Shown: positions 49,220 to 59,964, counted from the first letter of the stretch. The stretch is DNA of 64,000 nucleotides from Nitrospirae bacterium GWF2_44_13 (GCA_001805105.1 MHEE01000015.1:294024-358023), one strand, 5' to 3'. A program made the numbers and translations. Notes: a model not told the origin generated them from the letters alone.

Positions 49220-51601
49220 ATGGCAAAAGCAGCGGAAAAAGAAGAAAAAGAAAAAGAGATTGAGATTCCTCAAAGCCTTCCTGTGCTTCCTATAAGAGAT
49301 ATAGTTGTCTTTCCTTATATGATACTCCCTCTTTTTGTGGGAAGAGAAATGTCCATAAAGGCGATAGAGCATTCATTAAGCACAAACAAGATGATAATGC
49401 TTATTGCTCAGAAAGACCTTAATGCTGAGAATCCGTCGCCTTCCGACCTCTACAATGTAGGCACCGTAGGGCTCATAATGAGGATGCTCAAACTCCCTGA
49501 CGGCAGAGTCAAGGTGCTTGTGCAGGGGCTGAGCAAGGCAAAGGCAGTAAAGTTTCTCAAAGAAGAGCCGTTCTTTACTGCGGCCATAGAAAAAATAACA
49601 GATACTCAGCCCGAAGAAATAACTATAGAGACTGAGGCGATAATGAGAACTGTGAAGGAACAGATAGACAAAACAGTCTCTCTCGGAAAAACAATACTCC
49701 CTGATATCATGATTGTGATTGAAAATCTTGAAGACCCCGGAAAACTTGCCGACCTCATTGCCTCAAATATCGGATTAAAAACAGAGCAGGCGCAGGAAGT
49801 GCTTGAGATGAGCGAACCGGCCCTGCGGCTGAAAAAAGTCAGTGAAATACTGAGCAGGGAGATAGAGCTTCTTACAGTCCAGCAGAAAATCCAGACAGAA
49901 GTCAGGGGTGAGATAGACAAGAATCAGAGGGAATATTTCCTCAGAGAGCAGCTTAAGGCGATACAAAAAGAGCTTGGCGACATTGATGAGCGCTCGGAAG
50001 AGATAAAGGAATTCAAGAAAAAGATTTTGGAAGTAAAGATGCCTGAAAAAGTTCAGAAAGAGGCCGAGAAACAGCTTAAGCGCCTTGAGAAGATGCACCC
50101 TGACAGCGCCGAGGCAGGAACTGTAAGGACCTATCTTGAATGGATGGTTGAACTGCCGTGGTCCAAACAGACAAAAGACAATCTTGATATAAAAGCGGCA
50201 AAAAAAGTTCTTGATGACGACCACTATGACTTAGAGAAAGTAAAAGAGCGGATACTTGAATATCTCAGCGTAAGAAAGCTGAGGAAAGAAAAGATGAAAG
50301 GCCCTATACTCTGTTTTATAGGCCCTCCGGGAGTTGGGAAGACGTCACTGGGAAAATCCATTGCAAGGTCGCTCGGAAGAGAATTCGTCCGCATGTCTCT
50401 GGGAGGAGTCAGAGACGAAGCAGAAATCAGAGGACACAGAAGGACATATGTAGGCGCGCTTCCCGGCAGGATGATACAGGGCATAAAAACAGCCGGCACC
50501 AACAATCCTGTTTTCATGCTTGACGAGATAGACAAGATTGGAATGGATTTCAGGGGAGACCCCTCATCAGCGCTTCTTGAGGTGCTGGACCCTGAGCAGA
50601 ACAACACCTTTGTGGACCATTACCTTACGGTTCCCTTCGACCTTTCAAGGGTGATGTTCATAACAACAGGAAACCTTGTTGACACAATACCCAACCCCCT
50701 GCGCGACAGGATGGAGATAATCTATCTCTCGGGATATACGTCAGAGGAAAAGCTCGGCATTGCAAAAAATTATCTTATTCCGAAACAGCTTGAAGAACAC
50801 GGTATAACAGACAAGGTGCTGAAGATAGCAGACTCCGCGGTTCTTACAATAATATCTCAGTATACGAGAGAAGCGGGCGTCAGAAATCTTGAAAGGGAGA
50901 TAGCCAATCTCTGCAGAAAAGTCGCAAAGAAAATAGCGGAGGGGAAACAGAAAAATTTTCTTATAACTTCAAGAAATCTGCATAAATTTCTCGGCATCCC
51001 CAAATACCTTCTCGAAGAAGAGATGGAAAAAGACGAGGTCGGCGTTTCAACCGGCCTTGCATGGACAGAGTCGGGAGGCGACATAATCTATGTTGAGGCT
51101 ACAACAATGAGGGGCAAGGGCAGTCTCACGCTGACAGGCCAGCTCGGAGACGTTATGAAGGAGTCTGCGCAGGCAGCTTTAAGCTATGTCCGCTCAAAGG
51201 CTAAGTCGCTCGGGATAAAGGATGAGGTTTTCTCAAAGACAGATATTCACATACATGTCCCTGCAGGCGCAACACCCAAAGACGGGCCTTCAGCAGGCAT
51301 AACAATGGCAACTGCAATTGCATCGGCGCTTACAGGAAACCCTGTAAGAAAAGATTTCGCAATGACCGGCGAAGTGACATTGAGAGGCAGGGTGCTTCCG
51401 ATAGGCGGGCTAAAAGAGAAGGCTTTAGCGGCAAAGAGAATGGGCATAAAACATATCGTTATCCCAAAAAGAAATAAAAAAGACCTTGAAGATATTCCGA
51501 AATACGTAAAGAAAGACCTGACATTCATCTTTGCCGATACAATGGATGATGTGCTTAAAGCAGCGCTGAAGAAAAATTCAAAAATCAAAAATAAAAATTA
51601 A
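49220..51601 (+). CDS. lon: Lon protease
   Basis: [24 protein letters not shown]. Confidence 0.97.
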   Translation: MAKAAEKEEKEKEIEIPQSLPVLPIRDIVVFPYMILPLFVGREMSIKAIEHSLSTNKMIMLIAQKDLNAENPSPSDLYNVGTVGLIMRMLKLPDGRVKVLVQGLSKAKAVKFLKEEPFFTAAIEKITDTQPEEITIETEAIMRTVKEQIDKTVSLGKTILPDIMIVIENLEDPGKLADLIASNIGLKTEQAQEVLEMSEPALRLKKVSEILSREIELLTVQQKIQTEVRGEIDKNQREYFLREQLKAIQKELGDIDERSEEIKEFKKKILEVKMPEKVQKEAEKQLKRLEKMHPDSAEAGTVRTYLEWMVELPWSKQTKDNLDIKAAKKVLDDDHYDLEKVKERILEYLSVRKLRKEKMKGPILCFIGPPGVGKTSLGKSIARSLGREFVRMSLGGVRDEAEIRGHRRTYVGALPGRMIQGIKTAGTNNPVFMLDEIDKIGMDFRGDPSSALLEVLDPEQNNTFVDHYLTVPFDLSRVMFITTGNLVDTIPNPLRDRMEIIYLSGYTSEEKLGIAKNYLIPKQLEEHGITDKVLKIADSAVLTIISQYTREAGVRNLEREIANLCRKVAKKIAEGKQKNFLITSRNLHKFLGIPKYLLEEEMEKDEVGVSTGLAWTESGGDIIYVEATTMRGKGSLTLTGQLGDVMKESAQAALSYVRSKAKSLGIKDEVFSKTDIHIHVPAGATPKDGPSAGITMATAIASALTGNPVRKDFAMTGEVTLRGRVLPIGGLKEKALAAKRMGIKHIVIPKRNKKDLEDIPKYVKKDLTFIFADTMDDVLKAALKKNSKIKNKN

Positions 51602-51651
51602 AAGATAATGAGTTCAATAATTTTAAATTTTGCTTTTTTAATTTTGAATTT
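51574..51651. repeat. AT-rich tandem/inverted repeat overlapping the lon stop
   Basis: AAATTCAAAAATCAAAAATAAAAATTAAAA ... TTTTAAATTTTGCTTTTTTAATTTTGAATTT. Confidence 0.7.
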
Positions 51652-51654
51652 GCT

Positions 51655-52737
51655 ATGAAGCTTTATGCTATCGGCGAATCATCCCTTCTGAAAACAATCC
51701 GCAGAAGATTTACCGTAAAATCAAAAGATGTCATCGTGGGCATAGGCGATGACACGGCAGTAATAAAACCCTCGGGCAATAATTTACTGGCAACCACTGA
51801 TATGATGGTTGAAGGCATTCACTTTGACCTGAACCTTACAACGCCCTATCAGCTCGGATTCAAACTCGTATCCGTAAATGTTAGCGACATCTATGCGATG
51901 GGTGGAAGGCCTCAATATCTTTTGCTTGATATTGCATTGAACAAAAATACAGAGCAGTCATTTGTTGACAGATTTTTCGACGGCATACGCCGTGCAATGA
52001 AATTATACGGGGTCTTTCTTATAGGCGGAGACCTTTCTTCTTCAAGAAAAGATATAGTCCTTGCAGCAACACTCATAGGTGATGCGAAAAAGCATATAAG
52101 ACGCTCAGGCGCAAAACCCGGGGACAGGATATATGTAACAGGGAATCTCGGAGATTCAGCATGCGGGCTGGAAGTGCTTAAGAGGATAAAACAACCGTTT
52201 CATATCAAAAAAACGATACAAGATGCAAGATACAAGATTCAGGATAAAAAAAATCATGAATCGTGCATCATGAATCGTGCATCTGAACCACTAACGCTGA
52301 ACTCTGACCTTTCTAAGCTTGGACTCACATGGAATATTGTTAGCCCTCTGCTTAAGAGGCATCTCATGCCTGAGGCAAGAAATCCGGAGAAATTTATCAG
52401 ATATGCTACTTCAATGATTGACTTAAGCGACGGGCTGTTTATTGACCTCTCAAGGCTCTGCGATGAAAGCAGGGTCGGCGCAAAGATATTCATAGAGCGC
52501 ATACCTGTCTCCGGCCGGATGAGAACTGCATCTTCCCTGCTTGGGCTGGACGCCATGAAACTTGCCTGCTCAGGCGGAGAAGACTATGAACTGCTTTTCA
52601 CGGCGCCGGCAGATAAAAAAATCAACGCCGTATATATCGGCGACATCGTAAAATCAGGAAGAAAAATCATAGATAAAAACGGCGGAGAGAAAAAGTTCTC
52701 CGCATCCGGATACCAACATTTTGAAACTCAGAGATAG
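51655..52737 (+). CDS. thiL: Thiamine-monophosphate kinase (with in-frame repeat insertion)
   Basis: GIGDD.A, NVSDI.AMG, IDLSDGL, GGEDYELLFT. Confidence 0.95.
   Translation: MKLYAIGESSLLKTIRRRFTVKSKDVIVGIGDDTAVIKPSGNNLLATTDMMVEGIHFDLNLTTPYQLGFKLVSVNVSDIYAMGGRPQYLLLDIALNKNTEQSFVDRFFDGIRRAMKLYGVFLIGGDLSSSRKDIVLAATLIGDAKKHIRRSGAKPGDRIYVTGNLGDSACGLEVLKRIKQPFHIKKTIQDARYKIQDKKNHESCIMNRASEPLTLNSDLSKLGLTWNIVSPLLKRHLMPEARNPEKFIRYATSMIDLSDGLFIDLSRLCDESRVGAKIFIERIPVSGRMRTASSLLGLDAMKLACSGGEDYELLFTAPADKKINAVYIGDIVKSGRKIIDKNGGEKKFSASGYQHFETQR
52213..52311 (+). repeat. Family A copy 4 (in thiL) plus a TGAACT-like heptamer tail
   Basis: Encodes TIQDARYKIQDKKNHESCIMNRASEPLTLNSDL. Confidence 0.88.
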
Positions 52738-53158
52738 ACTCAGAAACATTTTAACTGTCAAGGATTCTCCGCGCAGGCTGGCAATGGCATTTTCCGTTGG
52801 TATCTTTATAGGCATGTCCCCTCTGTTTGGAATTCATACAATACTCGGGCTGATAGCGGCATGGGTTTTCGGACTTAACAGGATTGTCACAATCACAGGA
52901 GTATATATAACAAACCCATGGACTATCGTCCCTATCTATACTTTCAGCGCTTATATCGGCGCAAAATGCCTCGGCATAAAACAGATAGTTCCGGAAATAG
53001 ACTGGGCGCATATCACCTTCAGCAACTTTGCGCACGAATTAAATCCGCTGTTGACACCTTTTGTCTTTGGCACACTGCTGATTGGTTTTATCTCGGCTGT
53101 TATAAGCTATTTTATCATCTACCATGCGGTGAAAAAGGCACGCTCTAATGTCAAATAA
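52721..53158 (+). CDS. DUF2062-like membrane protein
   Basis: DSP..LA.AF..G.FIG..P..G, NP.T..P motifs. Confidence 0.8.
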   Translation: MKLRDRLRNILTVKDSPRRLAMAFSVGIFIGMSPLFGIHTILGLIAAWVFGLNRIVTITGVYITNPWTIVPIYTFSAYIGAKCLGIKQIVPEIDWAHITFSNFAHELNPLLTPFVFGTLLIGFISAVISYFIIYHAVKKARSNVK

Positions 53159-54662
53159 GTTTTCTCTTGTAAGCATGGGATGTCCGAAAAACCTTGTTGA
53201 CTCTGATAATCTTACGGAGAAACTCATCAACTGCGGATTATCGTACATTGATAATTATGAAAATGCAGAGATACTCATCATAAACACATGCGGTTTCATA
53301 CAAGACGCAAAAAAAGAGTCTATAGCAGAGATACTAAAGCTTGCTGAGATAAAAAAGGGGCCGGAAAATATGCAGGATTCAGTCTCCTCAGGCGACTCGC
53401 TAAGGCGAGGATCCAGAATTCAGGATAAAAAAAATCGTGAATCGTGCATCGTGCATCATGAATCAAAAGGCAATAATAAGAAACTTATCGTCTTCGGATG
53501 TCTTGCAAAAAGGTACAGAGACGAACTCCTCAAAGAGATTCCGGAGATAGATGCAATATTCGGCGTCGGAGAAGATGAAAGGATAGTTGAGTATTGCAAA
53601 AGTCAAAGGAAGATGCAGGATGCAGGATACATGACGCAGGATAAAAAAAATCAGGCATCGTGCATCGTGAATCATGCATCGTTTTTATTCGCCTCATCTT
53701 CCTATGCCTATCTCAAAATAGCGGAAGGCTGCAGCAGAAAATGCACATATTGCGTTATCCCCTCAATCAGAGGAGAATACAAAAGCGCCGCACCTGATGA
53801 AATTCTTAAAAAAGCAGAGGGATATATAAATGCAGGGATAAAAGAGCTTATTCTTATTGCGCAGGATACTGCATCTTACGGCAAAGACCTCAACGGTTAT
53901 GACATTGCTGCTCTCCTCAAAGGCCTCTGCTCAATAAAAGGTGATTTCAGGATACGGCTTCTCTATGCCTATCCTGCGTCAATAAAAGAATCGCTGCTGA
54001 AGGTAATTGCCGAAGAAGAAAAGATATGCAAGTACCTTGATATACCCTTTCAGCACTCTGAGGACAGAATCCTAAAGCTCATGAAAAGAGGAGGCGGCAG
54101 AAATGAATACCTGAACCTCACCAGAAAAATCAGGCGCGCCATACCTGGTATTGCGCTCAGGACAACATTCATAGCGGGTTTTCCCTCCGAGACAGAGGAG
54201 GAATTCAACTCGCTTATAAAATTCATGGAGGAAGCAGAGTTTGACAGGCTTGGCGCCTTTAAATATTCAAAAGAAGAAGGCACGCCTGCCGCAAAACTCA
54301 AGGGACATCTGACAGAGGCAATAAAAAACAGAAGGCTTGATACAATAATGAGGCATCAGGCAGATATATCCCTGAAGAAAAACAAGGCATTAATAGGCAG
54401 GAGATTTAAGGCTGTAGTTGACGAGGTTGACAATGAGATAGCCATCGGAAGATTATACTCTCATGCGCCCGAGATAGACGGAGTGGTGATTATTGAAGAT
54501 ACAGGATTCAAGATACAAGATGCAGGATACAAGATAAAAGATAAAAATGATGCATCATGCATCAGGCATTATGCATCATTGGAATTAAAAGCCGGTAATT
54601 TTGTTACTGTAGAGATCACGGATGTTTATGATTATGATCTGAAAGGGAAGATTGTTGTGTAA
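53148..54662 (+). CDS. rimO: Ribosomal protein S12 methylthiotransferase RimO (three in-frame repeat insertions)
   Basis: GCPKNLVDS, NTCGFI, KIAEGC...C.YC.IP, APEIDG, YDL.G. Confidence 0.95.
   Translation: MSNKFSLVSMGCPKNLVDSDNLTEKLINCGLSYIDNYENAEILIINTCGFIQDAKKESIAEILKLAEIKKGPENMQDSVSSGDSLRRGSRIQDKKNRESCIVHHESKGNNKKLIVFGCLAKRYRDELLKEIPEIDAIFGVGEDERIVEYCKSQRKMQDAGYMTQDKKNQASCIVNHASFLFASSSYAYLKIAEGCSRKCTYCVIPSIRGEYKSAAPDEILKKAEGYINAGIKELILIAQDTASYGKDLNGYDIAALLKGLCSIKGDFRIRLLYAYPASIKESLLKVIAEEEKICKYLDIPFQHSEDRILKLMKRGGGRNEYLNLTRKIRRAIPGIALRTTFIAGFPSETEEEFNSLIKFMEEAEFDRLGAFKYSKEEGTPAAKLKGHLTEAIKNRRLDTIMRHQADISLKKNKALIGRRFKAVVDEVDNEIAIGRLYSHAPEIDGVVIIEDTGFKIQDAGYKIKDKNDASCIRHYASLELKAGNFVTVEITDVYDYDLKGKIVV
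53370..53464 (+). repeat. Family A copy 5 (in rimO) with nested 27-nt GC hairpin
   Basis: Encodes MQDSVSSGDSLRRGSRIQDKKNRESCIVHHES. Confidence 0.88.
53610..53681 (+). repeat. Family A copy 6 (in rimO)
   Basis: Encodes KMQDAGYMTQDKKNQASCIVNHAS. Confidence 0.88.
54496..54579 (+). repeat. Family A copy 7 (in rimO TRAM domain)
   Basis: Encodes DTGFKIQDAGYKIKDKNDASCIRHYAS. Confidence 0.88.
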
Positions 54663-54672
54663 AGACACTAAG

Positions 54673-54842
54673 AGGCTATGGCTGGATTGAGGCAAGATTC
54701 ACGGGTCAGGAGCGATAGGGCTGAAGACGAAACGAAAGAGAGCGGAAGCCCGACATCTGCACTATTAAGAACTTTTATTTACGGCTTGAGGTATAACATT
54801 TGAAAAAGGTAGTTTAATATTGCCGAAAGACAGTTATAGCCT
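54673..54842. repeat. Structured ~170-bp intergenic element, copy 2
   Basis: AGGCTATGGCTG/CAGTTATAGCCT terminal stem; homologous to 3040-3216. Confidence 0.75.
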
Positions 54843-54863
54843 TGTTGGAGGACATATCTGCAG

Positions 54864-55706
54864 ATGAAAAAAATTCCGTGGCTGCACATAGTTCTTTTTA
54901 TTGCCACGTTTTTTTCCACTCTTACAGTGGGCGCACTCCAGACACAGACAATAGGAGATATAATTAAAACTCCGTCAAAAATAACAGCCGGACTGCCGTT
55001 TTCACTTGCCCTTATGCTTATACTTCTCTGCCATGAGCTGTCGCATTATATCGCCTCCAGAAAGCACCGCGTGAAGGCAACCCTGCCCTATTTTATTCCC
55101 GCGCCTACCTTAATCGGAACACTCGGCGCATTTATAAAAATGAAGTCGCCCATCACTACAAGAGAAGCGCTTATAGACATTGGCGCATCAGGCCCTATCG
55201 CAGGCTTTATAGTCTCACTTCTGGCAGTCATCATAGGACTTCCGCTTTCCAGGATAATAGTGACAAAGGGGCTGGAAGGCGGACTGGCTCTCGGAGACTC
55301 TTTGCTTTTCTCTCTGCTTTCACGGCTAATTCTGGGCGAACTGCCGGAATCATACGATGTGCTTCTGCACCCCATTGCATTTGCAGGCTGGATAGGTTTC
55401 TTTGTCACGGCGTTAAATCTGATACCGGTAGGACAGCTTGACGGAGGGCACATTGCTTATGCCCTGTTGGAAGGAAAACATGCGAACATGTCAAAGATAC
55501 TGGTCCTTTCCATGCTGATACTTGGCTTCTTATTCTGGGAGGGATGGATTATATGGGCCATACTGCTGATTATTCTGGGGCTTAGGCATCCGCCTGTCAT
55601 GTACTGGGAAACGCCTCTGAACAGCAGAAGAAGGCTCATCAGCTGGATTACGGCAATAATATTCATACTGACATTTATTCCCGTGCCGTTTAAGGTAATG
55701 CCGTAA
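54864..55706 (+). CDS. Site-2 (M50) membrane metalloprotease
   Basis: HELSH, GPIAG, NLIPVGQLDGGH. Confidence 0.93.
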   Translation: MKKIPWLHIVLFIATFFSTLTVGALQTQTIGDIIKTPSKITAGLPFSLALMLILLCHELSHYIASRKHRVKATLPYFIPAPTLIGTLGAFIKMKSPITTREALIDIGASGPIAGFIVSLLAVIIGLPLSRIIVTKGLEGGLALGDSLLFSLLSRLILGELPESYDVLLHPIAFAGWIGFFVTALNLIPVGQLDGGHIAYALLEGKHANMSKILVLSMLILGFLFWEGWIIWAILLIILGLRHPPVMYWETPLNSRRRLISWITAIIFILTFIPVPFKVMP

Positions 55707-55802
55707 ATGGAATACCCTTGATTTTTATCGTGGTTTAATTGACAATAATAACTAATCCGTTGCGCGTAAAGCGTAGCGAGTAACGCCTAAGGAGACCTAT
55801 AA

Positions 55803-56246
55803 ATGAAACTAATTCTCAAGGAAGACGTGAAGAATCTCGGCAAGATGGGCGATATTGTCAATGTCGCTGAAGGCTATGCAAGAAATTTTCTTATTCCCAA
55901 AAAACTGGCAGTGGAGGCAGTCACGGGAAACATAAAGGAGCTTGAACACCAGAAAAAAATAATTCAGGAAAAGGCAAAGAAACAGAAGAACTCGGCTCAG
56001 ACACTTTCCGGAAAAATAGCATCGCTTAACCTGTTCATAAAGGCAAAAGTAGGCGAAGAAGAGAAACTCTTCGGCTCTATCACCTCAATGGACATTGCCG
56101 CAGCGCTTAAAAATGAAGGCATTGACATAGATAAGAAAAAAATATCCATAGAAGCGCCGATTAAAAGGCTCGGCGCTTACACCGTGAGCGTAAAGGTTCA
56201 CTCTGATATAACAACACAACTGAACATTACGGTAATCGCGGAATAA
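55803..56246 (+). CDS. rplI: 50S ribosomal protein L9
   Basis: LG..GDIV.VA.GYARNFLIP, KLFGSIT. Confidence 0.97.
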   Translation: MKLILKEDVKNLGKMGDIVNVAEGYARNFLIPKKLAVEAVTGNIKELEHQKKIIQEKAKKQKNSAQTLSGKIASLNLFIKAKVGEEEKLFGSITSMDIAAALKNEGIDIDKKKISIEAPIKRLGAYTVSVKVHSDITTQLNITVIAE

Positions 56247-57616
56247 TGAAAAATACAGACCTGACGACAAACAAGCTGCCGCCCCAGAACATTGAGGCAG
56301 AGCAGTCTGTCCTCGGCGCAATCATGATAGAAAATGATGCGTTCCCGAAAATCATCGAGATTATCACGCGTGAAGATTTTTACAGAGAATCGCACAGGAA
56401 AATTTTTGACGCGATGATAGAACTCTTTGAAAAAAATGAGCCTATTGACCTGATAACAATCTCGGAAGAACTCAGGAAAAGAAACGACCTTGACGCAGTG
56501 GGCGGAGAACCATATCTGTCTGCCCTTGCAAGCCAGGTTCCCACCGCTGCGAACATAAAATATCATTCAAAGATAATCCGTGAAAAAGCTCTCATGCGGT
56601 CGCTCATAAAATCCGCTTCTGAAATTGCAGGCAGGGTTTATGAAGACAACCTGGATGCCGACGAACTTGTTGATAATGCGGAAAGAATAATTTTTAACAT
56701 ATCGGACAAGCGCATAAAGGCGTCCTTTGTAACTTTGAAAGAACTGATAAAGGGCAGCTTTGAGACTATAGAGTATCTTTATGACAAAAAGAGCGCAATA
56801 ACAGGCGTTGCGTCGGGGTTTACCCAGTTGGATGAGCTGACGTCAGGATTTCAGAGGGGCGACCTGATAGTGATAGGCGGAAGGCCTTCTATGGGGAAAA
56901 CAGCGTTCAGCCTTGATATTGCCCGTCAGGTTGGTGTTGAGCTGAAAGAACCTGTCGCAATATTCAGTCTGGAAATGTCAAAGGAACAGCTGGCCCTGAG
57001 AATGCTCTGTTCAGAAGCCAGGGTTGACTCCAACAGCGTAAGAAAAGGGTTCATAAGAAAAGAGGACTGGAGCAAACTCACAAATGCCGCAGGCAAACTC
57101 ACAGAGGCGCCTGTCTTCATAGATGATTCCTCAAACATAAATGTCCTTGAGATGAGGGCTAAAGCGCGGCGGCTTAAACTTGAACACAAGGGATTAAGCC
57201 TCATAGTAGTGGACTACCTCCAGCTGATGAGAGGCAGAGGAGGCTTTGACAAGAACAGGGAACAGGAAATCTCAGAGATATCCCGTTCGCTCAAGGCGCT
57301 GTCCAAAGAACTGCAAGTGCCCGTAATAGCGCTGAGCCAGCTAAACAGAGGCGTAGAGCAAAGGAACGACAAAAGGCCTAATCTCTCTGATTTGAGAGAG
57401 TCAGGCGCAATAGAGCAGGATGCGGACGTCATAATCTTCCTCTACAGGGATGAATTCTACAATAAGGATTCTAATGACAGGGGCAAGGCGGAAATCAATG
57501 TTGCAAAGCAGAGGAACGGTCCGACCAGAACAATCAATCTCGCATTCTTCCCGCAATACACAAGATTTGAAAACTATAGCGACAGGCAATATAGCGAAAC
57601 AGAAGAGGTCTTCTAA
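56246..57616 (+). CDS. dnaB: Replicative DNA helicase
   Basis: PPQNIEAEQSVLG, RPSMGKT, VDYLQL, DLRESGAIEQDAD. Confidence 0.97.
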   Translation: MKNTDLTTNKLPPQNIEAEQSVLGAIMIENDAFPKIIEIITREDFYRESHRKIFDAMIELFEKNEPIDLITISEELRKRNDLDAVGGEPYLSALASQVPTAANIKYHSKIIREKALMRSLIKSASEIAGRVYEDNLDADELVDNAERIIFNISDKRIKASFVTLKELIKGSFETIEYLYDKKSAITGVASGFTQLDELTSGFQRGDLIVIGGRPSMGKTAFSLDIARQVGVELKEPVAIFSLEMSKEQLALRMLCSEARVDSNSVRKGFIRKEDWSKLTNAAGKLTEAPVFIDDSSNINVLEMRAKARRLKLEHKGLSLIVVDYLQLMRGRGGFDKNREQEISEISRSLKALSKELQVPVIALSQLNRGVEQRNDKRPNLSDLRESGAIEQDADVIIFLYRDEFYNKDSNDRGKAEINVAKQRNGPTRTINLAFFPQYTRFENYSDRQYSETEEVF

Positions 57617-57618
57617 AC

Positions 57619-58422
57619 ATGCGGCGGCTGCCAGCAGTTGCAGGACAGTTCTATCAGGGCACAGCATCAAAACTGACACAGCAGGTCAAACAATACATAA
57701 ATAACAGCGCCGCAAAAGAACATGCCATCGGGATACTCTCTCCGCACGCGGGGCTCATATACTCGGGCCCTGTTGCAGGAGAGGTATACTCAGCAATAGA
57801 GTTTCCTAAAACATTCGTGCTTATAGGCCCGAATCATACAGGCATTGGCGCAAAGGTTTCCATGATGGCGTCAGGTGAATGGGAAATACCGACGGGTATT
57901 TTCTCCATAGACGAGAAGCTTTCACGGAGAATAGCAGCAAACACACCGATAATTTCAGAAGATGCACAGGCACATACATTTGAGCATTCACTTGAGGTGC
58001 AGCTTCCGTTCATAGCATATTTTTCCACAGAGCCGAAGATCGTGCCGATTACAGTTATGTCAGCTTCTCTCGAAGAATGCCGTTTGCTCGGCGAAGGAAT
58101 TGCAAAATCAATAAAAGAAGTCAAGTACGCCGTTGTCATAGCTGCAAGTTCTGACATGAGCCATTATGTGCCGGATGATGTTGCAAGGCAGAAAGACAAA
58201 AAAGCGATAGAAATGATTAAGTCCCTGAACCCTGAAGGGCTTTATACTGTTATATCAAGGGAGGGGATTTCCATGTGCGGCTATCTTCCGGCAACAATAA
58301 TGCTCTTTGCAGCAAAGGCGCTCGGAGCAATTGAGGCAAGGCTCGTTAAATACGCCACTTCTGGCGAAATCAGCGGAGACTATGACCAGGTAGTGGGCTA
58401 CGCAGGCATGATAGTGAAGTAA
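57619..58422 (+). CDS. MEMO1-family protein (AmmeMemoRadiSam protein B)
   Basis: R.PAVAG.FY, PHAG..YSG, EHSLEVQLPF, SSD.SHY, VVGY. Confidence 0.92.
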   Translation: MRRLPAVAGQFYQGTASKLTQQVKQYINNSAAKEHAIGILSPHAGLIYSGPVAGEVYSAIEFPKTFVLIGPNHTGIGAKVSMMASGEWEIPTGIFSIDEKLSRRIAANTPIISEDAQAHTFEHSLEVQLPFIAYFSTEPKIVPITVMSASLEECRLLGEGIAKSIKEVKYAVVIAASSDMSHYVPDDVARQKDKKAIEMIKSLNPEGLYTVISREGISMCGYLPATIMLFAAKALGAIEARLVKYATSGEISGDYDQVVGYAGMIVK

Positions 58423-58468
58423 TGGCGGGGTGAATCCCGATCTTATCGGGACGACCTCCCCAAAGGTA

Positions 58469-58545
<77 letters not shown>

Positions 58546-58557
58546 AAGGCAAAAAAA

Positions 58558-58633
58558 TGGTAGGCGGAACAGGGATTGAACCTGTGACATCAGCCTTGTA
58601 AGGGCTGCGCTCTCCCAGCTGAGCTATCCGCCC
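58558..58633 (-). tRNA. tRNA-Val(TAC)
   Basis: GGGCGGA...TCCGCCT-ACCA, anticodon CT-TAC-AA. Confidence 0.95.
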
Positions 58634-58702
58634 GAAAAGAGACTAATATTAAACTATATAGGGATATACTTTGTCAAATATATTGTGATAAAATGAGGCA
58701 GA

Positions 58703-59371
58703 ATGAAGGATCCAGGATGCATGATACAAGATTCAGGATGCATGATACAAGATTCAGGATGCATGATACACGATACAAGATTCAGGATTACTGATAAAAA
58801 AACTATCCTGCATCGTGTATCGTGTATCATGCATCGGAAAAGTCGTACATCATGCATCGTGCATCGTGATAACAACGGCTTCACCCTCATTGAAACAATA
58901 ATGGTGATGGTCATTGCAGTCATTCTTGCTGCCGTGGTTGCCGTCAGATGGAGCCCTTTTGATACAATCAAACTCAACAGCGCAACAAGAAAAGTCGCCG
59001 GTGACATAAGATACGCCCAAAAAGTTGCAATCTCAACTCAGGCAACATACGCCGCAATTGCGTTCAACACAAACGGATATACTGTATATGATACTTACTC
59101 ATCTATCATTTCCCGAAGTCCCGGTGACCCCTGCTCGGATAATGGAGGAAACTTTGAGGTGGCATTTAATACGCCAAGGTGCAGTAATTTCAGCGGAGTA
59201 ACAATAACCACCAACATCACCGATGACGTATTGCAGTTCAACAGCCTTGGTACACCCCTTCAGGGCATCTTCGCCTCAGTCATCCCCTCCGACAGAACCA
59301 TAACTATAACTTATAAAGACAGTAAACCCATCTACATTGAAGTAGGCACAGGAAGGGTGAGCTATCAATGA
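58703..59371 (+). CDS. Type IV minor pilin (FimU/GspH/MshC-like) with repeat-derived leader
   Basis: DNNG|FTLIE cleavage motif, DIRYAQ..A, FNSLG.P, TGRV. Confidence 0.85.
   Translation: MKDPGCMIQDSGCMIQDSGCMIHDTRFRITDKKTILHRVSCIMHRKSRTSCIVHRDNNGFTLIETIMVMVIAVILAAVVAVRWSPFDTIKLNSATRKVAGDIRYAQKVAISTQATYAAIAFNTNGYTVYDTYSSIISRSPGDPCSDNGGNFEVAFNTPRCSNFSGVTITTNITDDVLQFNSLGTPLQGIFASVIPSDRTITITYKDSKPIYIEVGTGRVSYQ
58706..58869 (+). repeat. Family A copy 8 (longest; prepilin leader)
   Basis: Includes tandem CAGGATGCATGATACAAGATT 21-mers, then a CATCGTG/TATCATG arm. Confidence 0.9.
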
Positions 59372-59964
59372 GCAGGATACAGGATAAAAAGAAGATGCAA
59401 GATACAAGATACATGATACATGATAAAGAAAAAAACAAGTTAGGCATCTTGCATCTTGACAATAAAGGCTTCTCCCTCATTGAGATAATCATGATAATCA
59501 TAGTAGTTTCTATTGCAATCCCTGCGCTTTTAATTTTAGTTGGCGGTGAAGCAGGCCGCGGGGTTGAGCCCGAGTTAAGGATTACTGCAACAAATGTGGC
59601 GCAGCAATTAATGGACGAGATAATGACAAAATGCTGGGATGAAACAGCTACAACAACCGCTAACTGCGGCGGAACAGTATCATATTCTGATTTGGGAATT
59701 GACGGCGGTGAAACTGCCGGAACTTTATCAACTTATGATGACGTGGATGACTATACTACAGGAGGCGTTCCTGCCGTAGTTATACCTGCGGGCGGAGTAT
59801 CTTATTCAAGAAGCGTTGTTGTATGTTATGTTCCATACAACGACCTAACTACTACCACTTGTAACACAACCGCTGTATTAGGAACAGATTATAAACGCAT
59901 AGCAGTAACAGTCACCCGCGGGGACACTACTGTTACGCTTACAACAGTGATGACGAACTACTAA
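59368..59964 (+). CDS. Type IV minor pilin (PilV/MshD-like) with repeat-derived leader
   Basis: DNKG|FSLIE, YDDVDDY, KRIAVTV. Confidence 0.85.
   Translation: MSRIQDKKKMQDTRYMIHDKEKNKLGILHLDNKGFSLIEIIMIIIVVSIAIPALLILVGGEAGRGVEPELRITATNVAQQLMDEIMTKCWDETATTTANCGGTVSYSDLGIDGGETAGTLSTYDDVDDYTTGGVPAVVIPAGGVSYSRSVVVCYVPYNDLTTTTCNTTAVLGTDYKRIAVTVTRGDTTVTLTTVMTNY
59373..59458 (+). repeat. Family A copy 9 (prepilin leader)
   Basis: CAGGATA/CAAGATA/CATGATA units ... CATCTTG x2. Confidence 0.88.

Noticed and set aside
55758-55785. Weak hairpin upstream of rplI
   Set aside because: Imperfect, single copy in the window; insufficient evidence for a function.
58706-58869. Repeats as a CRISPR array
   Set aside because: Units are 7 nt and tandem with no unique spacers, and no cas genes are in the window.
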